64,000 bases of DNA from Chiloscyllium plagiosum (lineage: Eukaryota): positions 19,536,192-19,600,191 of the forward strand of contig NC_057743.1 of assembly GCF_004010195.1 (NCBI RefSeq). The letters are read 5' to 3'. Of the stretch, positions 10,150 to 22,424 are shown one piece after another; position 1 is the first letter of the stretch, and the number at the start of each line of letters is the position of its first letter. The position numbers and the translations under genes are program-made. Below the pieces are notes generated by a model, which was not told where the DNA came from, did no database searches, and saw only the letters and a program-made list of their open reading frames with translations.

Positions 10150-11356
10150 GTTAGGTTTAGAGTGGCTTAGAGGGCGTCTTGCATGGGTATTCCCATGTAT
10201 CTGCAGCCCTTGTCCTTCTATGCAGTTGTGCTCATGTGTTTCGAAGCTACTAACAAACCTGGTGAATTACTGCATAGCATAGTGGAGATAGTACACACTG
10301 CTGCTACTGAGCATCAGTGGTGGAGAGATTGAATGTTTGTGGATATGATGCTAATCAAGCGGGCTGCTTCGTCCTGAATGGTGTCAAGCTTCTTGAGTGT
10401 TGTTGGTGATGTGCTCATCCAGGCAAGTGGGTAGTATTCCAACACATTCCTGGCTTGTGCCTTGTAGATGGTGAACTGGCTTTGGGGAGTCAGGAGGTGA
10501 GTTATGCACTGCTAGATTTTAGCCTTTGACTAATTTATAACCAGTGCATTTATAATGACTAGTCTATTTCAGGTTCTGTTCAATGATAACCCCAGGGTGC
10601 ATTACCACTGCTGAATCAGCCACTATCAATATCCGAGAGGATACCTTTGCCTACAGATTGAACTGGACCAGATGTATGAATATTGTGACCACAAGAGCAG
10701 GTCAGAGACTGGGAATTATGTGGCAAGTAATTCACCTTCTGACTCCTATACGCCTATAAGGCACAAATCAAGAGTGTGATAAAATACTCTGCTTATCTGA
10801 ATATGCAGTTCCAACAACACTTAAGAAGCTTGACACCATCCAGGACAAAGCAACACGCTTGTTTGGCATCTAATCTAACACTTTCAACACTCACACCATC
10901 AATCTCGATGCACAATGGCAGCAGTGTGTACCATTCACAAAGTGCACAACATCAACCCACCTAAGTTTTTTAGGCATCATCTTCCAAACCATAGCTTCTA
11001 CTATTTGGAAGGACAAGGGCAGCAGATGTACAGAAACACCACTATCTGCATGTTCTGCTCCAATACTGAACCAGATGCATGAATATTGTGACCAGAAGAG
11101 CAGGTCAGAAACTGGGAATTATGTGGCAAGTAATTCACCTCCTGACTCCTGTATGATAATGTAATGCGGTAGCCGTTCCTTCTCTGTTGCTGGATCAAAA
11201 TCCTGGAACTCCCTTCCTGAGAGTGCTGTGAGAGTATCTATACCTTATGGACTGCAATGGTTCATGAAAGTGGTGCACCACCTTCTCATGGTCAATTGTA
11301 GATAGACAATAAATGCTGGCATAGCCAGTGATGTGCACAGGCCATGAAAGAATAAA
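10150..11356. mobile_element. Degraded LINE 3' fragments (CR1/L2 group) in inverted arrangement
   Basis: 10150-10600 (minus) and 10600-11356 (plus) carry the same family motifs (aagcttgacaccatccaggacaaagca; ataaatgctggc...) seen at 14278-15895, 36320-40050 and 52840-53365. Confidence 0.75.
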
Positions 11357-11559
11357 CAGCGTTGTAATGTGTACAGTCCCTTGATTGCTTCTTTTGTCCT
11401 GCATCTCCATTTTTTTTAAAAACTCAAAACAATTTCAATCTGGACAGCTATTTTGACAACATTGCTCCCAAATTCACCCAAGAGCTGCACAATTTATAGC
11501 ATCTGAATCCTTCGCTGATGAGTAGTAACTGAAACAGATGGACATAGTACACTTCTTAC

Positions 11560-11782
11560 CTTCATCAGCAGAATTATAAGCTGATGGATCTGTGCCTTTC
11601 CTTCCTTTATTTCCATAGCTGTATGGATTTCTCGCAGGTTTGGGTGCTGTCAGCACTGGATTTTGCGGTAGATGCTTGTCTGCCCTTGAGGCTTCAACAG
11701 AGTTGTACGTCTTTGGAGTGTTGATTCTCCCAGGAGTAACAAGTTGAATGTAAACTGAAGAGACCTTCTTTATCTGAGACAT
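11560..11782 (-). CDS. FBLIM1: First coding exon of filamin-binding LIM protein 1 (migfilin)
   Basis: MSQIKKVSSVYIQLVTPGR resembles the migfilin filamin-binding motif (KRVASSVFITLAPP). Acceptor tattttcAG ends at 11799 and phase-1 donor G|GTAAG follows 11560. Syntenic and co-oriented with TMEM82 and SLC25A34. Downstream exons were not found in the window. Confidence 0.78.
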
Positions 11783-12847
11783 CTTTCATTTATAATATCT
11801 GAAAATACAGGTAACATAGTGTGATACTACATTTTTAATTAGATCCAGGTCTCATTTTGTAGTGTTCTAGGAATTATAGAGATTTTAAAAATGAAAATGG
11901 TCAATGTATCAGGGTGAGAAGAACTGGTACTATGGAGAGAGAAAGTTGGAGAAATGGTTTTCTTTTAAGAATTCTTTCAGAACAAAGTCATTCATTGTCA
12001 AATGAATGAATGATTGATCACAAGAACTGTTTCCCCGATTCACCTAATTTGCAGTCTCAACCAGGCAGCATTCAGAAAGCTTGATTCTGGCTCTGCCCTC
12101 TCCAGGTCTCACTACACCCTTTTTGGTGGTTAATTTCAGAGTGTCATCAGTGGAAAACTGAGAGGGAATTACCAACCTTTGATCACTGATAAGCTATACT
12201 GACAAAAGTGAGATAACGTGTTCCCTTGGCAACTGTAGAAAGAGAAAGAACGAGAAGGTCCTGGAGTGAATTTCATGATCATTAAACACATTGACAGCAT
12301 GTAATTGACCTCATGGTGTTGCCTTTTGGTTGACAACCTTTGCTGCAAATGCCAAACAGAAAAATTTACTATGTCCATACATATTGCAACCAAATCTGGC
12401 CTTTCTCTCCCTGTGACATTTATGTTGCTGCAGAACTCTAAAACCAAATCAGTAGAATTGTTTTTGGTGGAAGCTGCTTAATGAATGAATGTAAGAATTA
12501 GGAGCAGGAGGAGGCAATTCAATTTCTCAAGCCTGCTCCGACATTTGTTAAGATCACAGCTGATCTCAACTTGGCCTCAACTCCACTTTCATGCCCAGTC
12601 TCCATAACCTTTCAATACATCACGAATTAAAAATCTGTCTATCTCTTCTTTAAATTTACTCAAAGTCCCGCCACTTTGGGGTGGTGAATTCCACAAATTT
12701 ACAAATTTTGAGAAGTAATTTCTCCTTATCTGTTTCAGATTCGCTACCCGTTATCCAAAAACTATAACCTCTCATTCTAAATTGTTCTAGATGAGGAAAC
12801 ATTTTATGTCTGCTTTGTCAAACTTCTTTAGCATCTTATATACCTCG

Positions 12848-13168
12848 ATTAGATTAGGTTAAATTAGATTACTTACAGTGTGGAAACAGGCCCTTCGACC
12901 CAACAAGTCCACACCGACCCACCGAAGCGCAACCCACCCAGACCCATTCCCCTACATTTACCCCTTCACCTAACACTACGGGCTATTTAGCATGGCAATT
13001 TAGCAATTCACCTAACCTGCACATTTTTGGACTGTGGGAGGAAACCGGAGCGGCCAGAGGAAACCCATGCAGACATGGGGAGAATGTGCAAACTCCACAC
13101 AGACAGTCGCCTAAGACGGGGAATTGAACCCGGGTCTCTGGTGCTGTGAGGCAGCAATGCTAACCACT
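12848..13168 (-). mobile_element. HE1-like SINE
   Basis: Near-identical layout to 1268-1579, with an (AATCT)n tail. Confidence 0.88.
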
Positions 13169-14685
13169 CATTTTTCTAAACTCCAGAGAACATAGGCCTA
13201 ACTGTTCAATTTCTCTTCCTGAGACAAACCCCTCATCTCTGGAATCAATCTAGAGCCCCTCCTCTGTAATGTCACCAAAACAACTCCATCCCTCCTCAGG
13301 GAGACCAAAATTGTATGCAGTACTCCAAAGGCTGTTTCACTAATGACCTGTACAGCTGCAGCAACACTTCCCTACTTTTATACTCCATTCCTCTAACAAT
13401 AAATGTCAAAATTCCATTTGCCTTCCTTATTACTTGCATACTAGTTGTACTTGCATACTAGTTTTCTACAATTCATGCATGAGGAGACCCAGATTCCTCT
13501 GCACCGAAGTTCTCCTGAAGTTTCTCTCCATTTAGACAAGAAGTTGTCTTTCTATTCCTCTGAGCAAAATTGATAACCTCAGATTATTCATGTTAAGTTT
13601 CATCTGTCAAAATTTGGTCCTATCTTTAGTCAATTGTAAGTTTCTTATTTCTGCATTGTAACTTACTTTCTCACTTACTTTAGTATCATCTGCAAATTTA
13701 ACTATAGTACTTTGTATTCCTGCACACAATTCATTAATATATAGATTGTAAAATGTTGGGGCCTGAAGACCGAAGACTGTGGCACACAACTGGTTACATA
13801 TTGCCAATAAAAAAAATCCATTTATCCCAACTCACTGTTGTTTGTTCTCTATCCAAGCGAATAAATTATTCCTCACCCTATGTGGTCTTACCTTGTATAT
13901 GTAAGCTTCTTGTAGCACCTATCAAAAGCCTTCTGGAAATTCAGATAAACCAGCTTCACAGGAATCCCATTATTGGTGTTATTACATGTTCAATGAACTC
14001 TTGCAAATTAGTCAACGTAATTTCTCCTTCATAAAACCATGCTGACTCTGATAGAATGTATTTTAACTTCCTTAATAATGGGATATAACATTTTCCCAAT
14101 GACACATGTTGAACTACTGGTCTGTAGTTTCCTAATTTCTGCCCCCCTCGCTTTTTGAATAAAGATGCTATGTTAGCACTTTTTCAAATCCACTAGAAGC
14201 TTTTCACCATCCAGGGAATTTTGGAATATTATAATCAATGGATTATCTTTGGTGCCACTTCCTTTAGGACCCTGGGATGTTTGCTGATGATTGCACCATG
14301 TCCAGCACTATTCACAACTCCTCAGGTACTGAAGCAATACATGTTCAATGCAACAAGATCTGGACGATATCCAGGCTTGGGCTGACAAGTGGCAAGTAAC
14401 ATTCATGCCACACAAATGCCAGGCTATGATTATCAACAAAAAGAAATAATCTAATCACCACCCCTTGATATTCAATGGTGTTACCATCACTGAATCCCCC
14501 ACTGTCAACATCCTTGGTATTACTATTGACCAGAAACTCAACTGGACCCGTCACATAAACACAGTGGCAATAAGAGCAGATCAGAGCTAGGAATACTATC
14601 GTGAGTAACTCACACCTGACTTCCCAAAGCCTGGGAAGTCCTTGCACCATCTGCAAGGCGCAAGTCAGGACTGTGATAGAATACT

Positions 14686-14907
14686 GCTGAAAATGTGTTG
14701 CTGGAAAAGCGCAGCAGGTCAGGCAGCATCCAGGGAACGGGAGAATCAATGTTTCGGGCATAAGCCCTTCTTCAGGAATCCTGAAGAAGGGCTTATGCCT
14801 GAAACATCGATTCTCCTGTTCCCTGGATGCTGCCTGACCTGCTGCGCTTTTCCAGCAACACATTTTCAGCTATGATCTCCAGCATCTGCAGTCCTCACTT
14901 TCTCCTG
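14686..14907. mobile_element. Palindromic Penelope-derived mini-element with 14-bp TSD
   Basis: ~90 bp near-perfect inverted arms centred at ~14778. TSD tgtgatagaatact at 14672-14685 and 14908-14921. Confidence 0.88.
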
Positions 14908-15389
14908 TGTGATAGAATACTCCCTACTTACTTGGATGGGTGCAGCTCCAACATACTCAAGAAACTTGACACCATCCAGGACAAAACAGCTTGTTTCGTA
15001 GGTACGACACTAACAAACATCCACTCCCTCTATCACTAATGCTCAGTAGCCGCAGTATGTACTATCTATAAGATGCACTTCAGAAATTCAAAGCTTATTG
15101 TTGTCCAATGAACCTCATATTGCACCTTCCATACACACAACCACTCCCATTTAGAAGGACAAGGACATCTGATACATGGGAACACCACTACCTGCAAGCT
15201 GCTCTCTAAGCCACTCACCATTCTGACTAGGAAGTATATTGCATTTCCTTCTCTGTTGCTGGGTGAAAATCCTGCATTCCCTCCCTAAGGGCATTATGGG
15301 TCAACCCACAGCAGGTGGTCTGCAGCTCAAAAAGGAAGTGCATCACCAGCACCTTCTCAAGGGCAATTAGGGCTGAACAATAAATGCTG

Positions 15390-15838
15390 AAAATGTGTTG
15401 CTGGAAAAGCGCAGCAGGTCAGACAGCATCCAAGGAGCAGGAGAATCGACATTTCGGGCATGAGCCCTTCTTCAGGAATGAGGAAAGTGTGTCCAGCAGG
15501 CTAAGATAAAAGGTAGGGAGGAGGGATTTGGGGGAGGGGCGTTGGAAATGCGATAGGATAGAAGGAGGTCAAGGTGAGGGTGATAGGCCAGAGTAGGGGT
15601 GGGGGCGGAGAGGTCAGGAAGGAGATTGCAGGTTAGGAAGGCGGTGCTGAGTTCGAGGTGCTGAGTTCCGCCTAGGAACCCTCCAACCACAAGGGATGAA
15701 CTCAGATTTCTCCAGTTTCCTCATTTCCCCTCCCCCCNNNNNNNNNNNNNNNNNNNNNNNNNNNNNNNNNNNNNNNNNNNNNTTCCAGCAACACATTTTC
15801 AGCTCTGATCTCCAGCATCTGCAGTCCTCACTTTCTCC
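15390..15838. mobile_element. Penelope-like insertion with inverted termini and 17-bp TSD (contains an assembly gap)
   Basis: TSD ctgaacaataaatgctg at 15373-15389 and 15839-15855. Terminal repeats are in opposite orientation. Confidence 0.85.
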
Positions 15839-17417
15839 CTGAACAATAAATGCTGCCAAACCAGCAATGCTCGTGAGCCACAAATGTAAAAAAATGGCAG
15901 TCAGGCCCTGAGAACTTGTTTGTTTTCAATCTGAATAGTTTGTTCAGTACTTTTTCCTTAATGATGATGATTGTTCTAAGTTCCTCCCTTTCTAGAACCT
16001 CTGCCTTACCTATGACTATTGGGCTAGTACTGATGTCCCTTACCATGAAAGCAGAAGCAGGGTATTGATTTAGCAACTCTGCAATTTCTGTGTTGCCCAC
16101 TGCTAACTGCCCAGTCTCATCCTCCAAGGGACGAACATTCACTTTAACTACTCTCCTCCCTGTTACATACTTATCGAAGCCTTTGCACTAGTTTTCTTTC
16201 ATAGTTTGCCTTTGCTCTTTTTATGACATTTTTTAGTTATCCTTTGTTGATCTTTAAAAGTTTCGCAATCTTCCAGCCTGTCACTCACGTTTGCAATATG
16301 ATACGCCTTCATTTTTGTCTTGATTTTATCTTTAACTTCCTTGCTTAGCCTTGAATCTTTCTCCCTACTCTTACAATATTTCTTCTTTTCTGTAATATAT
16401 TTTAGCTGGAAGCAATTGACTATCTCCTTAATGAGGTGAATACAAATAGTTTCCTGGGAAAGGATGTGTCATTTTAGATTGGTTTCAACTGTTACTTCGG
16501 AATGAACCATATCAAGGAAGTTTTCACTTCTAGCAAGACTCAGCTAGCAATAAAGTTAATGAGGTTGTAAACTGCATTGCTGTGGCATGGTAAGCTGCAC
16601 TGATACTTGTGGCATCAGTTCAAATAGTTTAAAGGTATAAAAGTGTCATATGGTCATTTTAATTAAACACCATACTTGTGGGCGTGAGAACCCAAACTGT
16701 TCTGTTCTCTCTACACCATGTGACCAATTAGAAGGTCATAGCTGTAATGGCAGACCTTGATACAGAAATGAAAACTCACAAATCCAACATTTTGTACGTT
16801 ATGGTCCTTACTATTACCAACAAAAGGATCTCAGGATCGGTAGAAATGGACCAATAAAAGATTGTAGAAATGTGAACGTGGAATTTCCTGAAATTTTTAC
16901 AGTGTAAGGTAGCTACAGACATCAAAGAGCTATTAAAATGTTTAGTGGAAGCCCCACCCAACATAGTACATAGAGATTAGGTATGTGCTGTTACTGGAAG
17001 GTTGTAATTGGACTGGTGATATAGGTAAGGGGAATAAATCAGTAAGGATTCACACCCTTGATCACAGTCCAATGGCTTCTGTTGCAAGATGCATGTGTAT
17101 GGCTATCAACTGGGGTGAAGACCCTGTATAACAACACTTGCTATTTGGGCTTGTGCATGAAGAATACCTATATCCGTGTGAGGGTGGCTGGGCGCTAATA
17201 TACTTTATCCCAGCAAACATCAGCACATTCTGCAAAAGGTGGTAGAATATTTGCAGGAACAAAAGTAAAACACACATCTTTATATAGAGCTGCTTAAAGT
17301 CTTATAACACATGCCCAAGATTTCCTGAAAGTACCACTGTACATAACTAAGGTGTCTAGCTGACTAAAAGTTAACACCTAGAAATTCATCCCATTCAGAA
17401 TTCCCTGGAACACTTAC

Positions 17418-17640
17418 CAAACAAGGAGTTTTAGTGTCTGAGGGTATAGTCTCGTCGGTTTTGTTCCAGTAGCATACCTCTTTCAGAGCCTGGAGCCTAA
17501 ACTGCAGCGAGTCTGAATTGCTTCTGATCATCTCACTCTCTTACCCGGAGAATTCTGTCCGCCTACCTCTGCTTTACTTTACCATAAAAGGAAAATGAAT
17601 TCCTGGGGCATTAGTGCAGCAAACAGGAAGTTGCTCCTAA
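17418..17640 (-). promoter_or_regulatory. Candidate FBLIM1 promoter and non-coding first exon
   Basis: Minus-strand donor TG|GTAAGT at 17417, CArG box CCATAAAAGG at 17582-17591, ETS-like CAGGAAGT at ~17624, and a small CpG cluster at 17450-17560. Confidence 0.45.
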
Positions 17641-18584
17641 TCTTCCCACTCCTCACAGACTTGTTTTCATCCAGTCACACACTGCTGTCATAAATATATT
17701 ATAAAGTAATTCTAAGATAAGATTAATTTCTTTGGAAGTTGGTTGGCAAATGACATGACTCTGACAAGAAATAGCTTGCTCTGCTGTTGGTTTTGCAAAC
17801 TGCTCCAATTGAAGCATTTATTTGATCATTATCTAAGAATTGTTCCCTACCCAATTTAAACGTATGTGGTTAATTTTATTTAGAGAAGGAAAAAATTAGA
17901 GCTAAACCATTTACAAAGAAATCTTCCACCCATCCTCCAGAATTTCCTTTAAATTAGCTACCAGCTGAGGTTAGAACTAGCAATTTTGTTAACCCTTTCA
18001 GTTCCGGAAGCACATAATTGTCAGCTTTTTGTTTTAAAACTGAGCATAGTTCTTTGATAAGTTTCTAAAGTCAAGACTCATCTGGGCAAACCACAAAATG
18101 GAACCTAAATATATTTTCTCATTCAATTGGGGCATTAGTCTGTGGAAATGCAATACTTTCCATTTTGAACACAAAGTGAAACTTAATGGAGAGATGGAAA
18201 TCTTGCCTGTTGGTTGGAGAGCTGACGTGAGCCTACTCATCAGCTCTTTATGGGAACGTTTTCCAAATTAAATGCCAACCAGGGCCTTACTTGGACACTG
18301 GTAGGCCTTCCTTGGGATCAGGAATCATCCCCTTCCCAAGAGACCTCCTGGCCAATCTCAGCCCTGCAGTAATGCATTGCTCAGCAACACCACTAGGGGA
18401 GCAGTTGAAGTCACCAGTTCTGCACCTATCGGGGGTCAGGATTGTCAAGGGCCAGTACAGAGGTGGAGACAGCAGGGTTGTGCCAAGGGATCACATGGGA
18501 GGCAGATGGCATCTCTCAGCAGGGTCTCCAGTTCTAAATGCTGGATCCCTCAATCAGGTACTTTATCTTGAATGAGTCCCACCC

Positions 18585-18850
18585 TGCTGCTCATTTGAAT
18601 TGGTCCTAGATGAAAGGCTTGTCTTATAAGGAGAGGTTGGACACACTGGGATTGTACCCTTTGTAGTTTAGAAGAATATTGGATAATCTTAATGAAATGA
18701 ATGAAATCTTGAGGGGACTTATCAAGAATGTTTTTCCCTGTGCGAGAGACAAAAACTAAGGGACACATTTGAAAAATAAGGGTCTTCCATTTAAGGTGGA
18801 GATGAGGAGGCATTCTTTTTCTCTCACAGGATCAAGAGTCTTGGTAATAG
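18585..18850 (+). mobile_element. Degraded CR1 3' fragment
   Basis: ttgtcttataaggagaggttggacacactgggattg...gagatgaggaggcattcttt, a typical CR1 ORF2 C-terminus. Confidence 0.65.
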
Positions 18851-20587
18851 AATAAGGAATGCAGCAGGTAATTGGGTTAAATTGCTAATTCATTGATAGG
18901 GTAGATATAAAGGAGGAACAAAACTGTCCAGGCTGGCTATAAACAGGTTCAAGCAATGGGCTGTGGAGGGGTTCATCTCTGCTGACTGTCTGCCCCTCTT
19001 CCGCAGTTATGTTCATGCCTGGGTTTCACTGGAGAGGGAGCATGTGGTTCCCATCAATGCTCTCAACACCTTTAGAGAGAGGTGGGCATTGCAGGGGATA
19101 TAATATTTTATTTTCCCCTCAACTCCATCTTGAAGTAGAACCTTCCTGCTCTCCCAATACCCCCTTTTCACTTTTGATGGTTTGCATTGTCCTTAATGGG
19201 CTTTGCTAGTAAATATCTAAAGGAGAAACAGGTGGTACTAGTACTGTGGAAAGAGTTGTCAGATAGTGTACTCTTTCCTCAAAGAAAGGTATATTGAAAG
19301 AAACAAAAAGAAAGGAAGGTATCTCGGTCTATTTTTCACTGATCAGATTTGATGGTTCTACGGAATTTACTTCCCCACAGTGTGGACGAGGTCGTGTCTT
19401 TGAAAATTTTTAAGATATAGATAAATAGATAGATTCTTGACAAGGAAGTCAAAGGGTATTAGTGCAGACAGAAAGGTGGAACTAAGGGTGCATTTACATC
19501 AGTCATGATCTTAGCAAATGACAGAGTAAACTTGAAGGGCTGAGTAGCCTACATCTATTCCTAGTTCATATGTTTGCATCTGTTAGCTTCCTGTCTAAAT
19601 AATTTTTCTTTTATACATGGGATGAGGGCATCACTGGCTAGGCCAGCATTTATTACCATCTCTAATTGCCCAAAGAGCAGTTAAGAGTCAACCACACTGC
19701 TGTGGGTCTGTTTAACTTCTGACCAGCGCTCCCACCAACACACAGCATCCATCATCCACCTCTGGTAAAAGAACAGAAACAGGAGAAAGTGATATAGAAA
19801 TTTCCACAAGTCCTACTTATGCATTCCAATTGGCAAAGGTACTGAAACAAGCCCAATGAACACCTGCTCCTGGACCAGAGTGGCTGCTGATTGCATCCCA
19901 GAAGATCCTGAGCTTTTTCCTGAAGCCTGGCATATGCAGGTGGCAGTTCCCACTCTGTTAGCAGACTGATGCTGGTTTCCAGAGTGGTGTGTGCTACAAC
20001 CTTATGAAAGACTGACAAGTTCAAATTGTAAAGAGCTGCCACTGGCTGCAGATTCATAGATTGGTTTGGTTTCCAGATGTTAACTTGATCATTTGAATGT
20101 GGCTTTTTTTTTACTGAAAATGTTTTGGAATCTCACCTGTTGTTCTTGTCTGGAATTCAGTGAGATATGTAGGTGGTAGGCAGAGGGAGCAAAAATGGTG
20201 TCACTGCTGCTTCCAATCTAACTTGGATTGTAGATGTTTTGGAGAAAAGTGGCAGCAATCTGAACCCACTGGTGGGGCGTCCTAGGAATCAGAGTTCCTT
20301 TACTGTCACTGGGTCAAAATCCTGAAATTCCCTCCCTGTTGGCATTGTGGGTCAATCCACAGCAGGTGGACTGCAGCAAGAAGATAGCTTAGCACCACTT
20401 TATCAAGGGCAACTAGAGATGGACAATAAATCCTGGCCAGCCAGCGACGCTCACACCCTACAAATTAATTTAAAAAAGAACAGTTTCTTTGTATATATTC
20501 TATCCAACGTGCTCAGGATTTTGAAGATCAGTATTGAGACTGTACGTTTTCAGGTTTCGGCCTCATCTAATTGGTGAATTAGATGAG

Positions 20588-20748
20588 GTGAATTGGCCAC
20601 GCTAAATTGCCTGTAGTGTTAGGTGAAGGGATAAATGTAGGAGAATGGGTCTGGGTTGGTTACGCTTCAGCGGGTCGGTGTGGACTTGTTGGGCCGAAGG
20701 GCCTGTTTCCACACTGTAAGTAATCTAATCTAATCTAATCTAATCTAA
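20588..20748 (+). mobile_element. 5'-truncated HE1-like SINE
   Basis: 3' half of the SINE followed by (AATCT)5. Confidence 0.85.
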
Positions 20749-21819
20749 ATGAATGTGACCTTCAATGGGTAATCTACAATGCGTAATGGTTTCCCTATCT
20801 TCATATTTCTGCCCTCCAAACCAGGTCAAAATCCTATCTTTTTGAAAATCTTTCCAGATTTGACCAATCTGTCCGGCCAATGCCAGGTCAGACTGACCTC
20901 TGTTTCCTTCTTTATCTCCCTTTATTCAAAGGTAGTGCTTGCTTCTGCTTCAGATTTTCGGGTGCGATTACATTCTCCTCAGCTCATTATGTACGCACGT
21001 ATGGGCAAAACATCCAATTTTACAGGCAGAAGGGCAGGAAGATTCAGAATGCGAGTGTACATGCTGCCTGCGTGTAACAGGTAGAGGAAGCTGTGGTGAG
21101 CCAATCCAAAAAGAACAATCAGTGTTTGCCAGATATGCACAGGAACCTTCACTCTGTCACCCAAGCCTTGGATACATTCATTTACTGTATGGGTGAGAGG
21201 TGGCTGGAGGACCTTGACCTCTTCTCCGATGCTCATCCCCTCAAGGAATGAGAGAGGTGTCATTGCGCATTGGCAGGGAGGAGGTGTGACAAGCAGGCAC
21301 TCAGGGATTATTACCTCAGGACATGCCAGAGGGTCCCTGTTGCATCACCTTCCCTTTGTTAGTATGACAAGAAAGTTTAAAGAACACTGAAGACACAGTG
21401 GGTGCATGGGTATCAGCATCCTCTGGAACCTGATACTTGATATTATCATATTTGGTACAGCGATCCTTTGGCAAATTCACTTCGAAGGCTTCAGAATATT
21501 TATGTTTTCCTTGCAGACTACCTTCAGGTGTGCTGATCACGATACACACTCACATGTATGACACATGGGCTACTGCAAAAGATGTTGAGGCTGTTATCTA
21601 TTCTGTCCTCTATGAGGAACATGAAGTCCGGAAAGTGGAAACTTAAAAATTGATGTTTGTTTGGGTTTCTGGAGTTAATCAGATTCATTTAGCCCCTTGA
21701 CATCTCTGTAATGGATGACTGATTCTTGCAAATTGCGGTTTGAGTCACACCTCCCATGTAAACATGCATAACTCCATATTGATGCTGTGATCAGAAACTG
21801 AACAGGATGTAATTGTTAA

Positions 21820-21993
21820 GATTAGAGTGGTGCTGGAAAAGCACAGCAGATCGGGCAGCATCCGAGGAGCAGGAAAATCGGTTTCGAGCAAAATCCCTTC
21901 ATCAGCATCCTGATGAAGGGCTTTTGTCCAGAATGTCCAGCACCACTCTAATCTTGACTCTAATCTCTAGCATCTGCAGTACCTACTTCTACC
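21820..21993. mobile_element. Older palindromic Penelope-derived mini-element
   Basis: Inverted arms gattagagtggtgctgga.../...tccagcaccactctaatc with a central cttcatcag-cat-cctgatgaaggg. Imperfect TSD aggatgtaattgtt / aggatgttattgtt. Confidence 0.7.
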
Positions 21994-22329
21994 TAGGATG
22001 TTATTGTTGCTAAGGGAATTAGTTAATTATATTTAGTGTCAAGCAAAGTAGATTAATATTTTAAAGGTACAACAAAAGCATTCTTGAGAACAGGGGTTCC
22101 TTTGCAGCGTAATTGGCTTAGAGTTCTTATTATTCATTTCTACCAATGCAAAGTCTAGCCGCTTTCAGGTTCTCTCAGGTCTGTCTACCTTGTCTCACTA
22201 CTTTCCTCAGCTGTCACATCATCAGCTTTGTCTCCCTCAGCATCTCCGTCAGACTGCTCTTCAACATTGCTTGTAGAGATAGGTTACAGGTGCATCTCCC
22301 TCTCTTCTAAGTTCTCACCCTGTCACATA

Positions 22330-22424
22330 CATTCCTGAAGAAGGGCTCATGCCCGAAACGTCGATTCTCCTGCTCCTTGGATGCTGCCTGACCTGCTGCG
22401 CTTTTCCAGCAACACATTTTCAGC
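22330..22424 (+). ncRNA. Penelope terminal-repeat fragment containing a minimal hammerhead ribozyme motif
   Basis: attc-CTGAAGA-a-GGGC tcat GCCC-GAAA-CGTC-gatt at 22331-22366: conserved core, 4-bp stem II, palindromic ACGT stem III and GUC cleavage triplet. Confidence 0.7.

Larger units (their letters stand above)
14278..15895 (+). mobile_element. LINE 3' fragment (RT FADD region to 3' tail) nested in the CR1
   Basis: Translates MFADDCT...QQDLDDIQAWADKWQVTFMPHKCQ and ends ataaatgctg...gtaaaaaaa. Confidence 0.8.
12495..16430 (-). mobile_element. Old CR1 LINE ORF2/3' end, interrupted by a SINE, another LINE and Penelope insertions
   Basis: Minus-strand remnants LYINEL...KFADDTKV (13607-13807) and VRPLEDETGQL...AELLNQY..SAF (15900-16142), with a CR1 3' UTR toward 12495. 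Confidence 0.8.

Noticed and set aside
14686-15838. Repeated ~100-bp units resembling a CRISPR array or DNA-transposon TIRs
   Set aside because: Eukaryotic context, no repeat-spacer periodicity, and variable 11-17 bp TSDs with linkage to GIY-YIG remnants indicate Penelope-like retroelements.
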